A stretch of DNA of 62,758 bases, filler included, from Sphacelaria rigidula (GCA_964200075.2; 8 parts of 8 records of this genome joined end to end with filler, not necessarily neighbours in it); one strand, 5' to 3'; shown: positions 24,636 through 37,900, counted from the whole stretch's first letter. The notes: generated by a model not told the origin, from the sequence alone. A program made the numbers and translations.

Positions 24636-27600
24636 TAAACCATCATCACCATCATCATCTTAACCATCATCTTGATCATCATCATCATCATCATCTTAAC
24701 CATCATCATCATCATCATCACCACCATCATCATCAATCAATGTCTGAGGCAATGGAATTCGCCCATCGCATCTAGATCAACAATGTGCACAACAACTTAT
24801 CTCAGAATAGAAGGAAAGTTAACCCCCAGCTCACCACAAAACATGCGGTGCGCGTGTGTGTTGTCATCCAATCTATTCTAGACGCCGGTCTACACCATTC
24901 GGTATATGCGGACGCACCAGCCGGGGTCACACAGGAGGAAGGCCAAGACAGGAGGGGTTTTTTTGCTTGTTTTAGTTCTCTACCTTCCTTCTGCGGTGCT
25001 TGCCTATGATTTTTCATCGCGGAGGGGTTCAGCAGCCCCTTTCTCTCGTCGACTGTGAAGTCGAATTTTGTGTACCCACGACATAGTCGCTCTCCACTGT
25101 TGGGCATCGTGTGAGAAAGAACCCGAGATCGTGTGACTGCACCGAGATTCGTACCCACGACCCAACCGTCAGAGGATGTCGAGGTTACCAACTGAGCCAC
25201 CGGGGCGACCGATCGATGCGTATCCTTCTGTTACTGCAGCATTCGGCCAACGACAACATCAAATCACGCAGCACCTGGAACAATCTGAAAGTAATCCTTA
25301 GCCCAAGGATTACGATAACTCTTCGATTTCGAGCTCGCAATCAATAACGCCCGTGCATCCAATATTTTCCCCGATGAGCAGCGTCTCTCCTCACGATGTG
25401 TCCACAATCTTTCCTTTCCTTTCCCTCCGTTTCCTCTCCTCTTTTCCACTATATTGTCTTCCTCGTTTCGCTCACCCTTGTTTTCTCTGTTTACTCGCTT
25501 CATTTCGTTTATTTCCGGCTTCCGTCCTATTTTTCATCTGTTTCTTTTCTCGAGTTTCCTTTAGCGAGCGTCTCCGTTGTGTTCCATCCTGGGGTTTGTC
25601 TATCTTGTGGTCACGGCTGGAGTCATTTCAGAAAAGTTAATGTACAACAACCAACCAACTGATGGACCAATCCATCTCTCGGGGATCCCAACCGTATCTA
25701 CAGCACACCTGAGTCACGGTATTACTACTACTACTACTACTACTACTACTGTCTAGACGCGTATCTCCAACATGGGCCATTTGGCCGTCGGGGCGTAGCG
25801 GCCGTACAGTTAAATAGTCTGAACAGCATACCTTTTGTGACAGCAGCTCTTCGCCAATGTTGACCTCGAAATGTCCCAACGGATCGTCGGCCGACGACCG
25901 GTCCCAATCCCACACCTCCAGCTTCAGCACAGCTCCCGCCCTTGGCGAGGGGGAATGATCAAAGAAAACAAAAGCCATGGCATCGAACTACCGCAGAACA
26001 CATCACACACAAACACACAAGACTGTTTGAAAAGAACAAACGTTTTGGAAAAGTACCGACGGAATCGTCATGATCAGAACAACAGGTGAAGAGAAGAAAC
26101 GTGAAAAACATAACACAAGAAACGTTGAAGCTAGTTTACGGTTTTGATCCAAAATTAACTCATCAGACATACCTCTCGCAATACCTAACCCGGAAAGAGG
26201 GCCAGGCGGACGCTGACACCTTGGAATGACTTGGTATATGTCCGTGTCAGCTGTGGTGCTGTGGGTGTGGGTGCCGTGGCGTGCGCTATCTGCCAGCTCT
26301 CTTATGTGCGCATGAATCGCTAAATGGTGTTGGTTGGACCGGCGGGTCTGCACAAATGTCCCGTGGAACTGGTTCTACTCTGCCGGCAGGTTCTGTTGCT
26401 TTTTGTCCATCGGTGCAAAGTATTCGCCAAGGAAGTTGTGCGTTGCCAGACCTCATTTAGACAAGAGCACGTTCTGCGCAAGCTAGGAGCGCAGCCTCGA
26501 TTAGAGCTCCAGATATTAGTGTTCACAATAAAATCGAGTCGGGACAGCTTCACCCCACCAGGTGGTGAGCTCTACTGTAACAAAGAATCACAAAACTGGC
26601 TTTCTCGGGAGAGCGGTGACGCTTTCCGTACTGGATGTAGTCGAAGACAGGTCTGGGAATCTCAACGGGCGTGACCGAAACACATTACTGAACCACGTTA
26701 CACCTTCACAATGCAACCCGACAAAACACGCACAGACATCCACGGCACAAATGCAGCACGCCTGGTGCTAGCTAAGGGTATTCTGTACAAAGTGCTCTTT
26801 GTTTCGCGGCATTCCGTGTGGTGTTGCATGAGGGTCGGCCGTGCTTGTGCGACAAAACTTGCTGAAAATGGAGTCGCTGACCGTTTTACGTGGGAGCATT
26901 CTTTGTCCCCGAGGTGACGGGCAGGCAAAAATCCAAGCGAAGAAAAAATCATCCAAGAAACAAACAAACAAACAACCGGTGTCCATTCAAAACCACCATG
27001 GACGGCAGAGAAAATCGCTCATCTTGGAACGGTGCGGTGCAAGCAGCGAGAAGTTGGTGGGCATTGTGTGCGGTGAAAACAATCGGTGAGAACTTTCGAA
27101 GTGCTGGATTGACGACCTGTCGTCTTCTCCGCGTCAAATAAGAAAAATAGAGGTATCTGTATTTGAGTAGCTGTAGCATAGGGCGTGATGCGGCTGTGCT
27201 GTGGGTACACAGCAGTAGAGCAGTTCGCTGAGGGCAACTGCATACCGTAAGTGGCGGCGTCAGTCGTGGTGCAGGACTGTTGTTCCTCACTGGACTCTCA
27301 TTACCATCAGTGGTGCGGTCAATGAAATGATTCACCATAAAGATATTGCTCAAATGATTTTCGTTCTGTGTTAGTTTTGAACTTTACGATGCTGCTGCGA
27401 AGCTGGACTCATTCTCACGAAGCTTTAGTTGTGCGACTTTCAGCAGCTTTTCGAATAAAAGTGACTGTCTTCCGTTTCGTGTTAGTTTTTAATTTCATCA
27501 TGCTGCTCTGAAGCTGACTCAAATTATTCTCCCTCGTGTGCGTGGATTGTGATTGGTGGCCGTGCGTGTATCATGGACGCGGTCGGCCTCTATCCGCCAA

Positions 27601-30600
27601 CAGTGTACGCCACGGGCAGCAAAAGTGATGGACGCCGTGGGACCAAAAAGTGCTTGTGAGTGCCTTGCAAAACAAATCGTGTATCGTACCTGTGGGTGTG
27701 ATATTGCTCCGCATATGTACACATATAGGTGAAGAATTAGTTTTGAACATTCAGCAGCTTTCAAATAAAAGTTACAGTTTGCAATTCTATACGCTGGCTC
27801 TCCACAATCGAACGTTACAACTTTTCCCTTTTGTTAGATTGTACTTTCAGGATGCTGCTGCGAAGCTGAACTCTGTCGGATGGCAATACTTGCCAGTACT
27901 CGCAAACAAAAAAATGCGGCACCGCCCGGTATTCTATCCACGAGGGTCCTTGTAAAAATAAGTATAGACTGCGGCTCTGCCATGTGTCCTACGCACGACG
28001 GTCCATCGCTGTATATAGTGCAGGCTGTCGCGAGCACGGCCTACGGAGCACCATGTCGATGAGAAGGTGATGCTGCATACTTTGGTATGTGAAACGATGT
28101 GTGAAAAGATGAGGAGCACGGACAGGAAGAGGGCGTCGTCGGACACAACCGTGTACATGTTTTATAGAAAACAATTCCGAACAAGAGAAAAAAATACTTG
28201 GATTATGTATGGATTTGGACATCACGCGGATCAAGTATGGAGCGGAGAGACATTTACGCCATTAATAACATTGACGATGATGACAAAAACAATAAATGAA
28301 GCGAATTTTACCTGCGGACAGGCAGAGTGAACTCCTCGTCCCACACGGGGTCCAGCGTATACTTGATCATTCGTGTACGCGCCCGTATCCGCAGCTTCTC
28401 CGACCACTCTTGGCCGTGCGACAAGTACCTGGCAACGATGACAACGTCGACGACAACGATATCTCGACACAATGCAATGCATGAACTACTAACGCGATTC
28501 GATTTATCTTCGGCGTGTGTTTGGGAACGGGGAGGGTTTTGCAACACAAATTCCCGCACGAATCTCATGACTTGACCATTCGTGCGAAATATATCACTCC
28601 ACGTCAAAAGAATAGACGAGAACACTGTTTGATTCGGCCGTTTGGCGCGCGTTCAGAACTGGAAGAGTCCTGGAACTGCCTCAACTAGTAGAGCAAGTCA
28701 TTCCAAGGTGTCAAACTCCGCCGAACTCTCTTTTGGGGCGTAAAACGACGTAAAGGCCTCAAAAAGGCACTTTTCCGGAATCTTATTCTTGTCTATTGTA
28801 AGGAGCGGCCTTCCAACAATTTTAAAAAAGAGAAGGAAAAAACGACACCTTCATGTGCTTCCTCACTCGACTAGGCCGACCGATTTGAATTCACACATAT
28901 TTTTCTGCACCAAAACACAAGGCAAAATAAATCATATCTGCTGATGCCGTTACAAAATCAAAAGACCAAACGGAACGGCATCGCGATGCTTTCAAGACTT
29001 TTCGGCACCGAAAAGCAGGGCAAAAATCGAATCAACCCAAGTCTGCAGCCATAACCGAATACAAACATGCGAAAATAAACGCCATCCTGATGTTGTCCAG
29101 GGGTCCGGCACGCACCTTCCTGACAAGCAAAGTTTCACGTACGGGTCACTGCGGCCAGATAGGTCAGCGGCCATAAGGTTCCTTGCCTCGATCACCCTCA
29201 CGTACAGCGTCTACCGCGCGTGTAATCCCAAAAATACAAGTGGGGGACATGTGGCAGGAGAATCAGTGTTCGTGTAGTGGGGACATGATACAAGTATAAC
29301 ATTCGATTGCGATCAGCATCAGCAGTACCAGCAGCTGCACCAGCAGGAGTAATGGCAGTAGCAGTGATACAGCAATGACACTACCACATGTCTAGTATTA
29401 CCACCGGCCCAAAAAACAACCATGATGACTGCGACGACGACTGTGACTACGACGACGACCATGACTAAGGCGACGACTATGACTACATCAACAACAACAA
29501 CAACAACAACAAAAACAACAAAAACAACAACAACAATGGACGAACGATATAAGCCATCGAGAAAAAGACACGATACATATGACGCCGTGGCAAACCACCC
29601 CCTCCACCCCAGCCCCGCCTCCTACGATCGACACGCGAAAAAAAACTAAAAACCCATCTCTCTCCATTACCTTATGGGATACCTCGTCTAAAACATGAAA
29701 AAAAAAAATATCGTTCACACTTTTTGTGGTCCCGACTTCATCTCTAGGGGATCAGCTAATATGCGACAATCATTTCAAAGAGGCAACTAATCAATCGCTC
29801 ACACGATACTGCTGTGTGCCCTACAGCAACAAAACAAGACAGAAGAAAAAAACATACTCTGGAGGTAGTCGACTGAGTTTGTTTAACGTGAGTTGACGCG
29901 CTACGCGAGTGCTGATGGTCATGATCCAATCCGCGAGACCAAAATGCAAGGCGTGTACCGGGGGAGAGATGGGTTGATCCCTTAAGACCACGGACTCAAA
30001 GTATGACAAATAACTAACTAAATAATACTATATATGTATATATATATATATATATACAAGCCGCACGGGACCCGGGGCTGCGTCCCGGTTCCGTCCGTCT
30101 TTTTCGAGTGTCTCGGAACTCTTGCCTTGCCAAGCCCTCGTGCGAGTAGATCCTCTCTCGAAATGTTCATGCCCGCCTGGAACATTGCAGGACCACCGCG
30201 ATCGCGCGTCCGTTTAACGGTCGCGAACGCATGTGTACCCCCGCACAAAGTGTAGCACAAATCCCCGTACTCTACCCCTAGCGATGGCATTGGCCCGAAC
30301 AGTCATCTCCCGGGGCGGGTACGGAAGAACTTGCACACGAAAATCAGCATTACATCTTGTGGACGCCTCGTTACAAAGTATGCTGCACGCTCGTGAGTTC
30401 GAAATATTCTATATATAAAAACTATGAAGATTGTTTGGGGATGATTGATGGATGGTTGAATGGTTGGTTGAATTTTATTTTTTGGATGAGGGAAAGACAA
30501 TGATATATAAATAAATGAATAAATGAAAATATATGAATAAATATAGCTCTACGTACCTACCTACCTATGTTACACTATGCGAGATACCGCGATAGCACCC

Positions 30601-31331
30601 GCCAGAAAATAGCTGGTTTGACAAGGCAAAGTCTACATATGAACCAAAATGCCGAAAGTCGATACCACGGAGCAGCTGGGAACTCCCAAGCTTGGCATCG
30701 TTTCCGCCAATGTCGTTCATATGAGGCGCTTCATGCCGTCTGCAACCAGTAATCATGCACTATATGGCCATTGTGTTCGTGAAACTTTTGGGGTTGGTGA
30801 GCGACTATCGCGGCATCACTCTATACACACGCTACGTTTCCTCCTTTTTTCTTTGTCCTGCACCGCTCACTCGTAATCCCAAAAAACGAAACCTTACCCC
30901 GATGCTCAACCTAGTCTTGTCCTCTGCCTCAAGAAAAGGCTGAGACGCAAACGTCCACGCCGGTATTTCGCGGTAGTCGGTTATGCCGTAGTCTCCCGTG
31001 TGAAGCTTGTCATTGACCGGGCTCTTGATACTACCGCTGCCGCTGCCATTTCCCCGCCCACTCTTTTTCCAGAATACGCCACTTGCATCATCGGGGGAAG
31101 GGCGGGGACAGGGGGAGAACGAAGGCGGGGCGAGGGGGGTATACTCATGATCGTGCATGCCGTAGACATGTAAACATTGACCTCGCATCCCTGCGAAGCG
31201 GGGACGAACTTACGTGAAGAGGAGGGGGGAGTGTACTCATGATCATGCATGCCATAGTCTTCAGACTCTTGACCTCGCATCCCCACAATGCCGGGACGGA
31301 GCATGCCGGGTTTTCGCCGGACCAGGCTTGC
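24134..31331 (-). CDS. C2-domain protein, partial (both ends outside the contig)
   Basis: Phase-compatible exons: about 31190-30898 (less certain), 30176-30126, 29210-29116, 28428-28312, 25940-25832, 24259-24134. These give TLYVRVIEARNLMAADLSGRSDPYVKL...RTRMIKYTLDPVWDEEFTLPV...LKLEVWDWDRSSADDPLGHFEV...WYVL, a C2 domain with the Ca2+-binding aspartates. Confidence 0.88.
24556..24735. repeat. (GTC)n(ATC)n compound microsatellite
   Basis: Directly visible. Confidence 0.95.
24852..25210 (-). mobile_element. Full-length tRNA-derived SINE (about 360 bp)
   Basis: GGTCGCCCCGGTGGCTCAGTTGG (box A), GGGTACGAATCTC (box B-like), unique body, ACC-GAAT-GGT hairpin and (CA)n tail. Seven copies or fragments in the window. 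Confidence 0.85.
25722..25817 (-). repeat. (AGT)n tract with an adjacent GC-rich segment; possibly a short retroposon 3' end
   Basis: (TAC)n at 25722-25750 abuts GTCTAGACGCGTATCTCC...; single copy, so the origin is unproven. Confidence 0.35.
27350..27875. repeat. Degenerate direct repeats in an intron
   Basis: TTAG.TT...ATGCTGCT..GAAGCTG.ACTC at about 27370, 27482 and 27832; TTCAGCAGCTTT..AATAAAAG at about 27439 and 27750. Confidence 0.6.
28635..28810. mobile_element. MITE family B, single arm
   Basis: GTCCTGGAAC...TAGAGCAAGTCATTC.AAGGTGTC.AACTCCG...AAAAAGGCACTTT...AGCGGCC matches 9190-9316. Confidence 0.8.
29420..29536. repeat. ACG/ACT/AAC trinucleotide low-complexity tract
   Basis: Directly visible. 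Confidence 0.9.
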
Positions 31332-31431
31332 NNNNNNNNNNNNNNNNNNNNNNNNNNNNNNNNNNNNNNNNNNNNTTAATTAATTAANNNNNNNNNNNNN
31401 NNNNNNNNNNNNNNNNNNNNNNNNNNNNNNN

Positions 31432-31494
31432 GAACCCCCCTACTCAACCATCAGAAGGTTACGGGGTTACCAACTGAGCCACCGGGGCGACCGG
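31432..31494 (-). mobile_element. SINE tRNA-like head at contig edge
   Basis: Reverse complement reads CCGGTCGCCCCGGTGGCTCAGTTGGTAACCCCGTAACCTTCTGATGGTTGAG. Confidence 0.8.
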
Positions 31495-31923
31495 CGTATA
31501 CCTAGTTTATTCGTTGCCGTCTGTTACATACGACCTCACAGCCGCTTGTACCGCCTCAATAGAGGGATGCGCAGAACTCATTCCTCTATCTCCGCCTCCC
31601 GTTCCACTGCGTTGCTAAATCCAGTCGCCTTGTGAACTTGACCACATATATAGTAGGCTCCATTTATTCCCGAATTACCCCCGAGCACCCTGTGTTGGTG
31701 TTATAACAACGTTTTACTACGGAATAGTGATCCAAAAAAGAATCGGGGGAGTGGAGGTCGGACCTATATAAAATGCAAGTTAATTATGAAAAATCGGGAA
31801 AGCGAGCCTCGACCATCGCTGCTTTCCTCTGCTTCGAAGTTTTTTTGTGGGCCAGGAACAGGGTACACACACCAACTTGGCAGTGACCACTCACGGCGAC
31901 AGCCCCCCCCACTGGTCGTTCAG

Positions 31924-34900
31924 ATGTGGCCGATGAATTTCGCCTCGCCGTGATTGGGCAGGTCGCTCCCAGACTTGTTTCTTTAATTATTTGACTAATA
32001 CATGGTGAACCCCTTGTTACCGGAGATCAGTCCCGAAGGGGTCAGGGTCAAAAGCAATTCGCCATTCACATCGAAATGCACTAGTTCAGTTGTTTTTCAT
32101 GTACACGCCCCCGCGCGCATACACATGGTCGCCCGCCTCGCTGCTTGGCAGATGATGAACACGAAAGTGACCGCCATCCGCATGCGGGGGAAAGAGATCG
32201 CGTTCGATGCGCCTACTATCAACGTCCTGGTGGCTACCCAGAACAAGCTCATCAAGGAGGAGCTCGTTGACAAGCTCGGATTACTCACGCGGAGTAGGCG
32301 AGTTTAGGACTTTTGCATGTGTGCCTTTCTGTGTCTGTGCTGGCGGGAAGAGCGAATATTCTGTCTCGTATGTTTTTGCCCCACGACATCATGACGGTCG
32401 GTGTCATTCCGTCTGCGTACTTGCTGTAACGTTTTTTCTCCATAATGGGCTAGTGCGGGTACAGCCTTATTCTTGTTGCCACTGGGGCACTATCGCGAAC
32501 AGCGCTGCACGTACGCTTCCCATGCCAACATCGCAGTTTTATGCCCCACCAAGGTCGCCGTACACGGGGTCAGCCCCCCCATCCTTCACCCCCCACCCCT
32601 ACCCAGCTGCCGTCGCCATCTCCTTACATACTCTGCGGATTTCTTTGTTGCTGTTGCTCACAACACCGCGCCAGGCTGGCGGAAGTTTTGGCCTCCACCT
32701 CCGAAACGAATCAGCCCCGGGCCTTGGTCTGCAAGCAGGATGCCCTGGAATTTCTTGTCAGTGGCTCTCGCGGCCGTTGTGGCGGCGGTGACGTCGGCAA
32801 TCCCAAGGTAATCAAGTCTCTGCCAAATAAGGTGATGGAATGGAGGCAGGAGAGAAAGAAATGGTCGAGCTAGGATCAGGGTTAGGGAGAAATACGTTGG
32901 TCAACGCTTTTGATTTGGCGAGCCCGGCCATCCATTGCTGTGCGCAGTTCAGCGACGACTTCGTGGAGTATACATTCTGATGGTATAAGTGAGTTTGCGT
33001 TTCGGCGATTTTCATGTGAGGCGCAAAATAATGGTTGCGTTCGGTCTGGATGTCAGTGTCAGAGGCAACCAGGGCGCATGTTGCTGCATTTGCGAGATGG
33101 CTTTATTCATCGACGTTAGTTGGTGAGCGTGACATCTAGACATCTTCCCCCTCGAACTTATGCGTCTCTGGTTGACGTTGCGTTCGACGATGCGAAAAGA
33201 AAGGGCTGGAACGCGGTCTCATCACCCGTCCATGTATAGGCAAACCGTCGCGCTCGCGGGTATGAACTTTTCACGTGTGCCTCGTTTGTATTATGTAGTC
33301 TGTCTACACCGCCGTACACCCTTCCCTCCATCTTAAAACACACCACGGCGCTTCGCGCTTGGTGATGGACTGCGAGTCTGATTTGGCGAAAACCCAGCGT
33401 GCTCCGTTCCGGCTTTGTTGAGATGCGAGATCAATAATCCTATGACTATGATGTGCAAGATCATGAGTACACCCCCCCCTCCATCTCTCACGGTAATAAT
33501 TTTCCGACAGCAGAAATCACCAGAGTCGGAAGAGCCAAAAATCGGGAACGATAAGCACGCCAAGATCAAGAACAAAGATAGAAAAACAACGAAGAAACTG
33601 CGCAAACAAGACGACGGCGGTGTAGACGGCGGCTGTAACTTCAACGAGACCAGCGAGAGCGAAGACGACTGCGTCGTTGACGTCGGTGGCGATGTTGCCT
33701 ACAGCACTACACCGGAGCCATCGGCACCGCTGCCGGAGATGTGCGGCCCAAACGCTCTGGAAGTCGCCATGTTCGCGCGCCTCAAAACCTCGACCATCAC
33801 CGGCGGCGTGGTCAGCACCAGCCCTAGAACCAGCTCTCCCGACAAACACAAAGCTTCTCCTACCGCTGCTATCGCCGCATCTCTTCGAGGCAACGCGGCG
33901 CTGGCCCCCGGCGCTACGGGTCTGAACACTGAATCAGCGAAGCCAACGGTGAAAGCTGCTCCGAAGCCAGTAAGCGACGACGGTGGCTGCGGTGGTGGAC
34001 GTTCGGTGGCTCTGAAGGCAAACGGTCGACGATCAACGGCAGGAACAGCAGAGGCGGCCACTGCACGGAAGAGTCGTGCAGGTACGCGGGATGGTGAAGA
34101 CACCTGCAGTGGAGGCGGCGGCGATGGCAAAGGTGGTGCAGATCGCACTGTGCAGAAGTCGCAGGCGCGTGGGTTTATGCTTTCGATTCTTGGTCAGCAC
34201 TTGATGAGGACCTTCGGCGTCGGCGGTGGTTCGTCCGCCGCGGGTACGAAGGACGCTGATGTCGGTGACAACGGCGGTATCGAAGACGACGACGATGATG
34301 GTAAAGATGATGGTAAAGATGATGGTGGTCCGCCACCCCTGTGGTCGGACTCCGATCACTCCGATGAGGATAGTGCGAGAACTTCAGGCGATGGTGGCGG
34401 TGACCGAGGCGACACCTTGCCTGATGCAAACGAGAAGATGGACCAAGAACGCCCAAAGGCGCTCCCACAGCAGTTCGAGCGGGAGCTGGCTTCTGCTATC
34501 AAGAGTACCGGCGATAAGAAATCAGCAGCAGCAGCCGCTGGCAGCACGAAGCCAACGCCAGCAACGGCGAAGGCCGCAACCACAAGTGCACAGGACGACT
34601 GGAGTACGCCTGGTTATTTTACCGCCCCTGATTCGGCCGCCTCCCCTGTAGATGGTTTCGATGGTGACGATGATCCACCGCCGCTTTGGTCGGACTCAGA
34701 TCGAGAAGAAGACTCCCAAGAAGTAGAAAAGTGTGCTAAAAAGCAGCAAAATCGTAAAACGTCCACGGCTGCCGCTGCCGCTGCCGCCATCTCTGACAAC
34801 CGAATGAGCCAGGAACAAGAGATTGAAACGCCATCTCCCAAACAACAGCTTCCTGCTGCTCCGAAGCCTACCCCGGCCACAAAGCCTGCCCTCATTCGAA

Positions 34901-37900
34901 AACCCACCATCGGCCCTGCAGCCGCTACTCGGTTTGGTGCTGCAGCTGCTGCCGCCATCCCAGCTGCCGCTACCACCGCGGGCAAAACACGACCATCAAC
35001 GGCCGCCACCGCCGCTGCCACTGGCTCCGGAGCGAGCGTCGCCGGCAACAACAATCGCGGCGCCAAGGGTCCCCCTCCTCCTTCCAACATTTGCCCTACT
35101 CGCATCGCCGAAACGGGCAAAGGCGTTGAGAAAACACGTGAGGCTACTACTCCTGCCGCCGCCACCGCTGCGGCCGTTGCTGCTGCTACCGTCAGCGCCG
35201 GCGCTAAAGCGAACGAGCGGAAGGCCTCTGGTGCAGACGCCGCAGTTGCAAAGAGAGAGGATGCCACTCTGGCAGCGGCGGGGGCAGCAGGGCGCAGGAT
35301 CGGTGGAGCCGGCGGTGGAACCGGCGGCGGTAAAACAAAAAAAGCCAAGAAGGGTAAGTGAGAGAGGGTGAATGGTTTCCTGCTCAGGTCTGTTTTGACA
35401 GGTTCCGTCTGTAGGCACATGCGTCCATCGCGTTGGAAAATGCTGTTGAGCATTGAAGACGATTTACCGCCGTGATATTATCCCCCCCGCTATCACCTAT
35501 CTTATTCAAAACTTTGATTATGACCTCATGATGGCAACAGAAGCAGTAAAGGAAGGAGACAAGGTGGGTGAAGATACGGTATCGGGATTGATGTTCGCGG
35601 ATAACTTCGAGGGGATATGAGAGACACCAGCAGAATTGTAGAAGAAAATAGAAAAGGTGCTAGAATACACTAGGAAATGGAGAGTGACAGCGAACGAAAA
35701 CAAATGCGCGGTACTTGCATGTATCGAAGATAAGGAAAACCCGATAGAGCTCAAATGCAAGTGAGGAGAAGAGGAAGTGCCGATCGTAGACCAGTAAACA
35801 TACATTGGCATAGATATCGCAAAAACCTTTTCTTGGGGTACACACATAAATAAAGTAATAGAGAAGGGTAAGGCACAGACAGGCAGGATGGACGTGACCG
35901 TACGAGATTCGCACCTTTCTACTAGGATTGAGAGCTGTATTCTGATTATTGTGGTCGTACCAAAACCTGGAATATGCAGGAGATAGGAGGGGAACGCGAA
36001 GTTGGTGAAGAATCTGGAAGCAATGCAGATGGCAGCCGCTAAGAAAATACTTGGATGTTCAAAAACGACGATTAATACAGCATTGAAAGCAGAGCTGGGG
36101 ATGTAACCACTTCACACAAATAGAGACTTGGGAAACTGACATGGCAACATAGCGTAAGGAGCATCCCAAGAAAGAGATTACGAGCCATGGTACATGGGGG
36201 GGCATGAAAGAAAGTGACGAAAGGGCAAACCTAGAATAAGGTGGGGCAGTGTACACGAGAAAATTATGGAAGGACTTGGGAGGAAACAAAGACGAGATGA
36301 TGTCCATAGGTGAAGGTGCGGGGTAGAGACATGATAGAAGTAAGTGGAAAAGAAGCGCCAAGACGGAAAGTAATTAGGAACAACACCTGAAGATACAAGA
36401 GGGGTTGAAAGAGGGAATGGGAATGAAAATATATTCGCATGGCACAATGGACTTGGCGAAAACAATTAAACGGACCTGGACCTGCCAGGAAGAAGGAAGA
36501 GGCATACCAGTAGTAGATGCACAGAATTTCCCCTGTGGCAAGGCAATAGAGAGTAGAACTCATATAGTGGCAGAATGTGAGTTATACAAAGAGGAACAGG
36601 ATGCGTTGGAAAGGGAAACGTGGAAGGTAAACGAAGATGACATGGAATCGTTTGATACATTGGACAGTAGCTAGAAAGGATGGCTATACTACAAGATAGA
36701 TGGTAGCCACAGACGGCGAAACAGGACGGGGATAAGATATGTAAAAGGTCTTTGTCTAATGGATGGAAGGAACGTAATGAGCGCCGGAATGTTGGAGGTG
36801 TCTCTATTAGGAGTAGGAACGGTGCTCCGTCGCGAAAGGGATACGTGGTCAATGGTCAAACGGCTAAGGCAAGCAACGAATGAGTACGCCCCCCCCGCCC
36901 CCCCCGTTGTCGCTGCCGCCACCTCCTCACGTTGCGCACACTCGTAGGTAAAGGCACCGTTGTGACTGTGGATAACGTTGACGCGATTGCCACCGCAAAG
37001 ATGGGCTACAGTGTCATCGAGCGCTGGGTCAGGGCGGTTGCATCGCACCAAATGATGGCCAAGCCTGCCCAGATCAAGAAGTACTTCAGGGACAGGATTG
37101 ACGCTGGTACGTATCTTATTTCTCCTAATCATCATGAGCGGTGAGGATGTCGACTTTGTTTTCGGTTTTTGAAGACATTCTATCTAACGATGCTTCTCAT
37201 GTGATCTGTATTTTGTTGTTTGTCGATACCGGCTGTTCCTGTCTCATCTTATTCCCTCTTCCTTCCTTTCCTGTCTCTTACAGTAAGTGTCCTTATTTCT
37301 GATTTGTTCACCTCTCGTTTTTGGTTTGGTGTTCTCCACTTCATCTCTTTTTCTTGTGCGCCTTCTCCTTTTTCCCTGGGCTTCTTTCAGCGAATGTTTC
37401 CCTTTTGTTTACCTTGCGTGTCCACATTTTGGCCACTGCTAAATTCCTTGGAGATTGCACCATATGCGACAATCAGTCACACGTCGGACGAGTCATTACT
37501 CGTCGAAACGAGTGCACTCACGGATGTTTTTTTAAATTACAACGAGCATGACTTGTGTGCTCGAGTTCATTGAGTACTTTTACGACGAGCAATGACTTGT
37601 GTGCTCGAGTCATTCATTTTTGTTTCACAACGAGCGATGACCCGTGTGCTCGAGTCATTATTTTTTTTCACAAAGAGCAATGTCTTGAGTGCTCGAGTCA
37701 TCAATTGTTTTTTCAACGAGCAATGACTCGTTTGCTCGAGTCATTATTTTTTCCAGAACAAGCAATGACACGTGTGCTGGAGTCATTTTGTTTTTCACAA
37801 CGAGCAATGACTTGTGTGCTCGAGTTATTATTTTTTCAGAACAAGCAATGGCACGTGTGCTCGAGTCATTTTGTTTTTCACAACGAGCAATGACTCGTGT

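Noticed and set aside
24389..24881. Poly-Met/poly-Ile ORFs (also poly-Thr/Asn at 29422 and 59265)
   Set aside because: These are translations of microsatellites.
25135..25210. Functional tRNA gene
   Set aside because: No proper acceptor stem; it varies between copies and is always attached to the SINE body.
33517..35453. Antisense and alternate-frame ORFs over the large exon
   Set aside because: Shadow ORFs of GC-rich low-complexity coding sequence.
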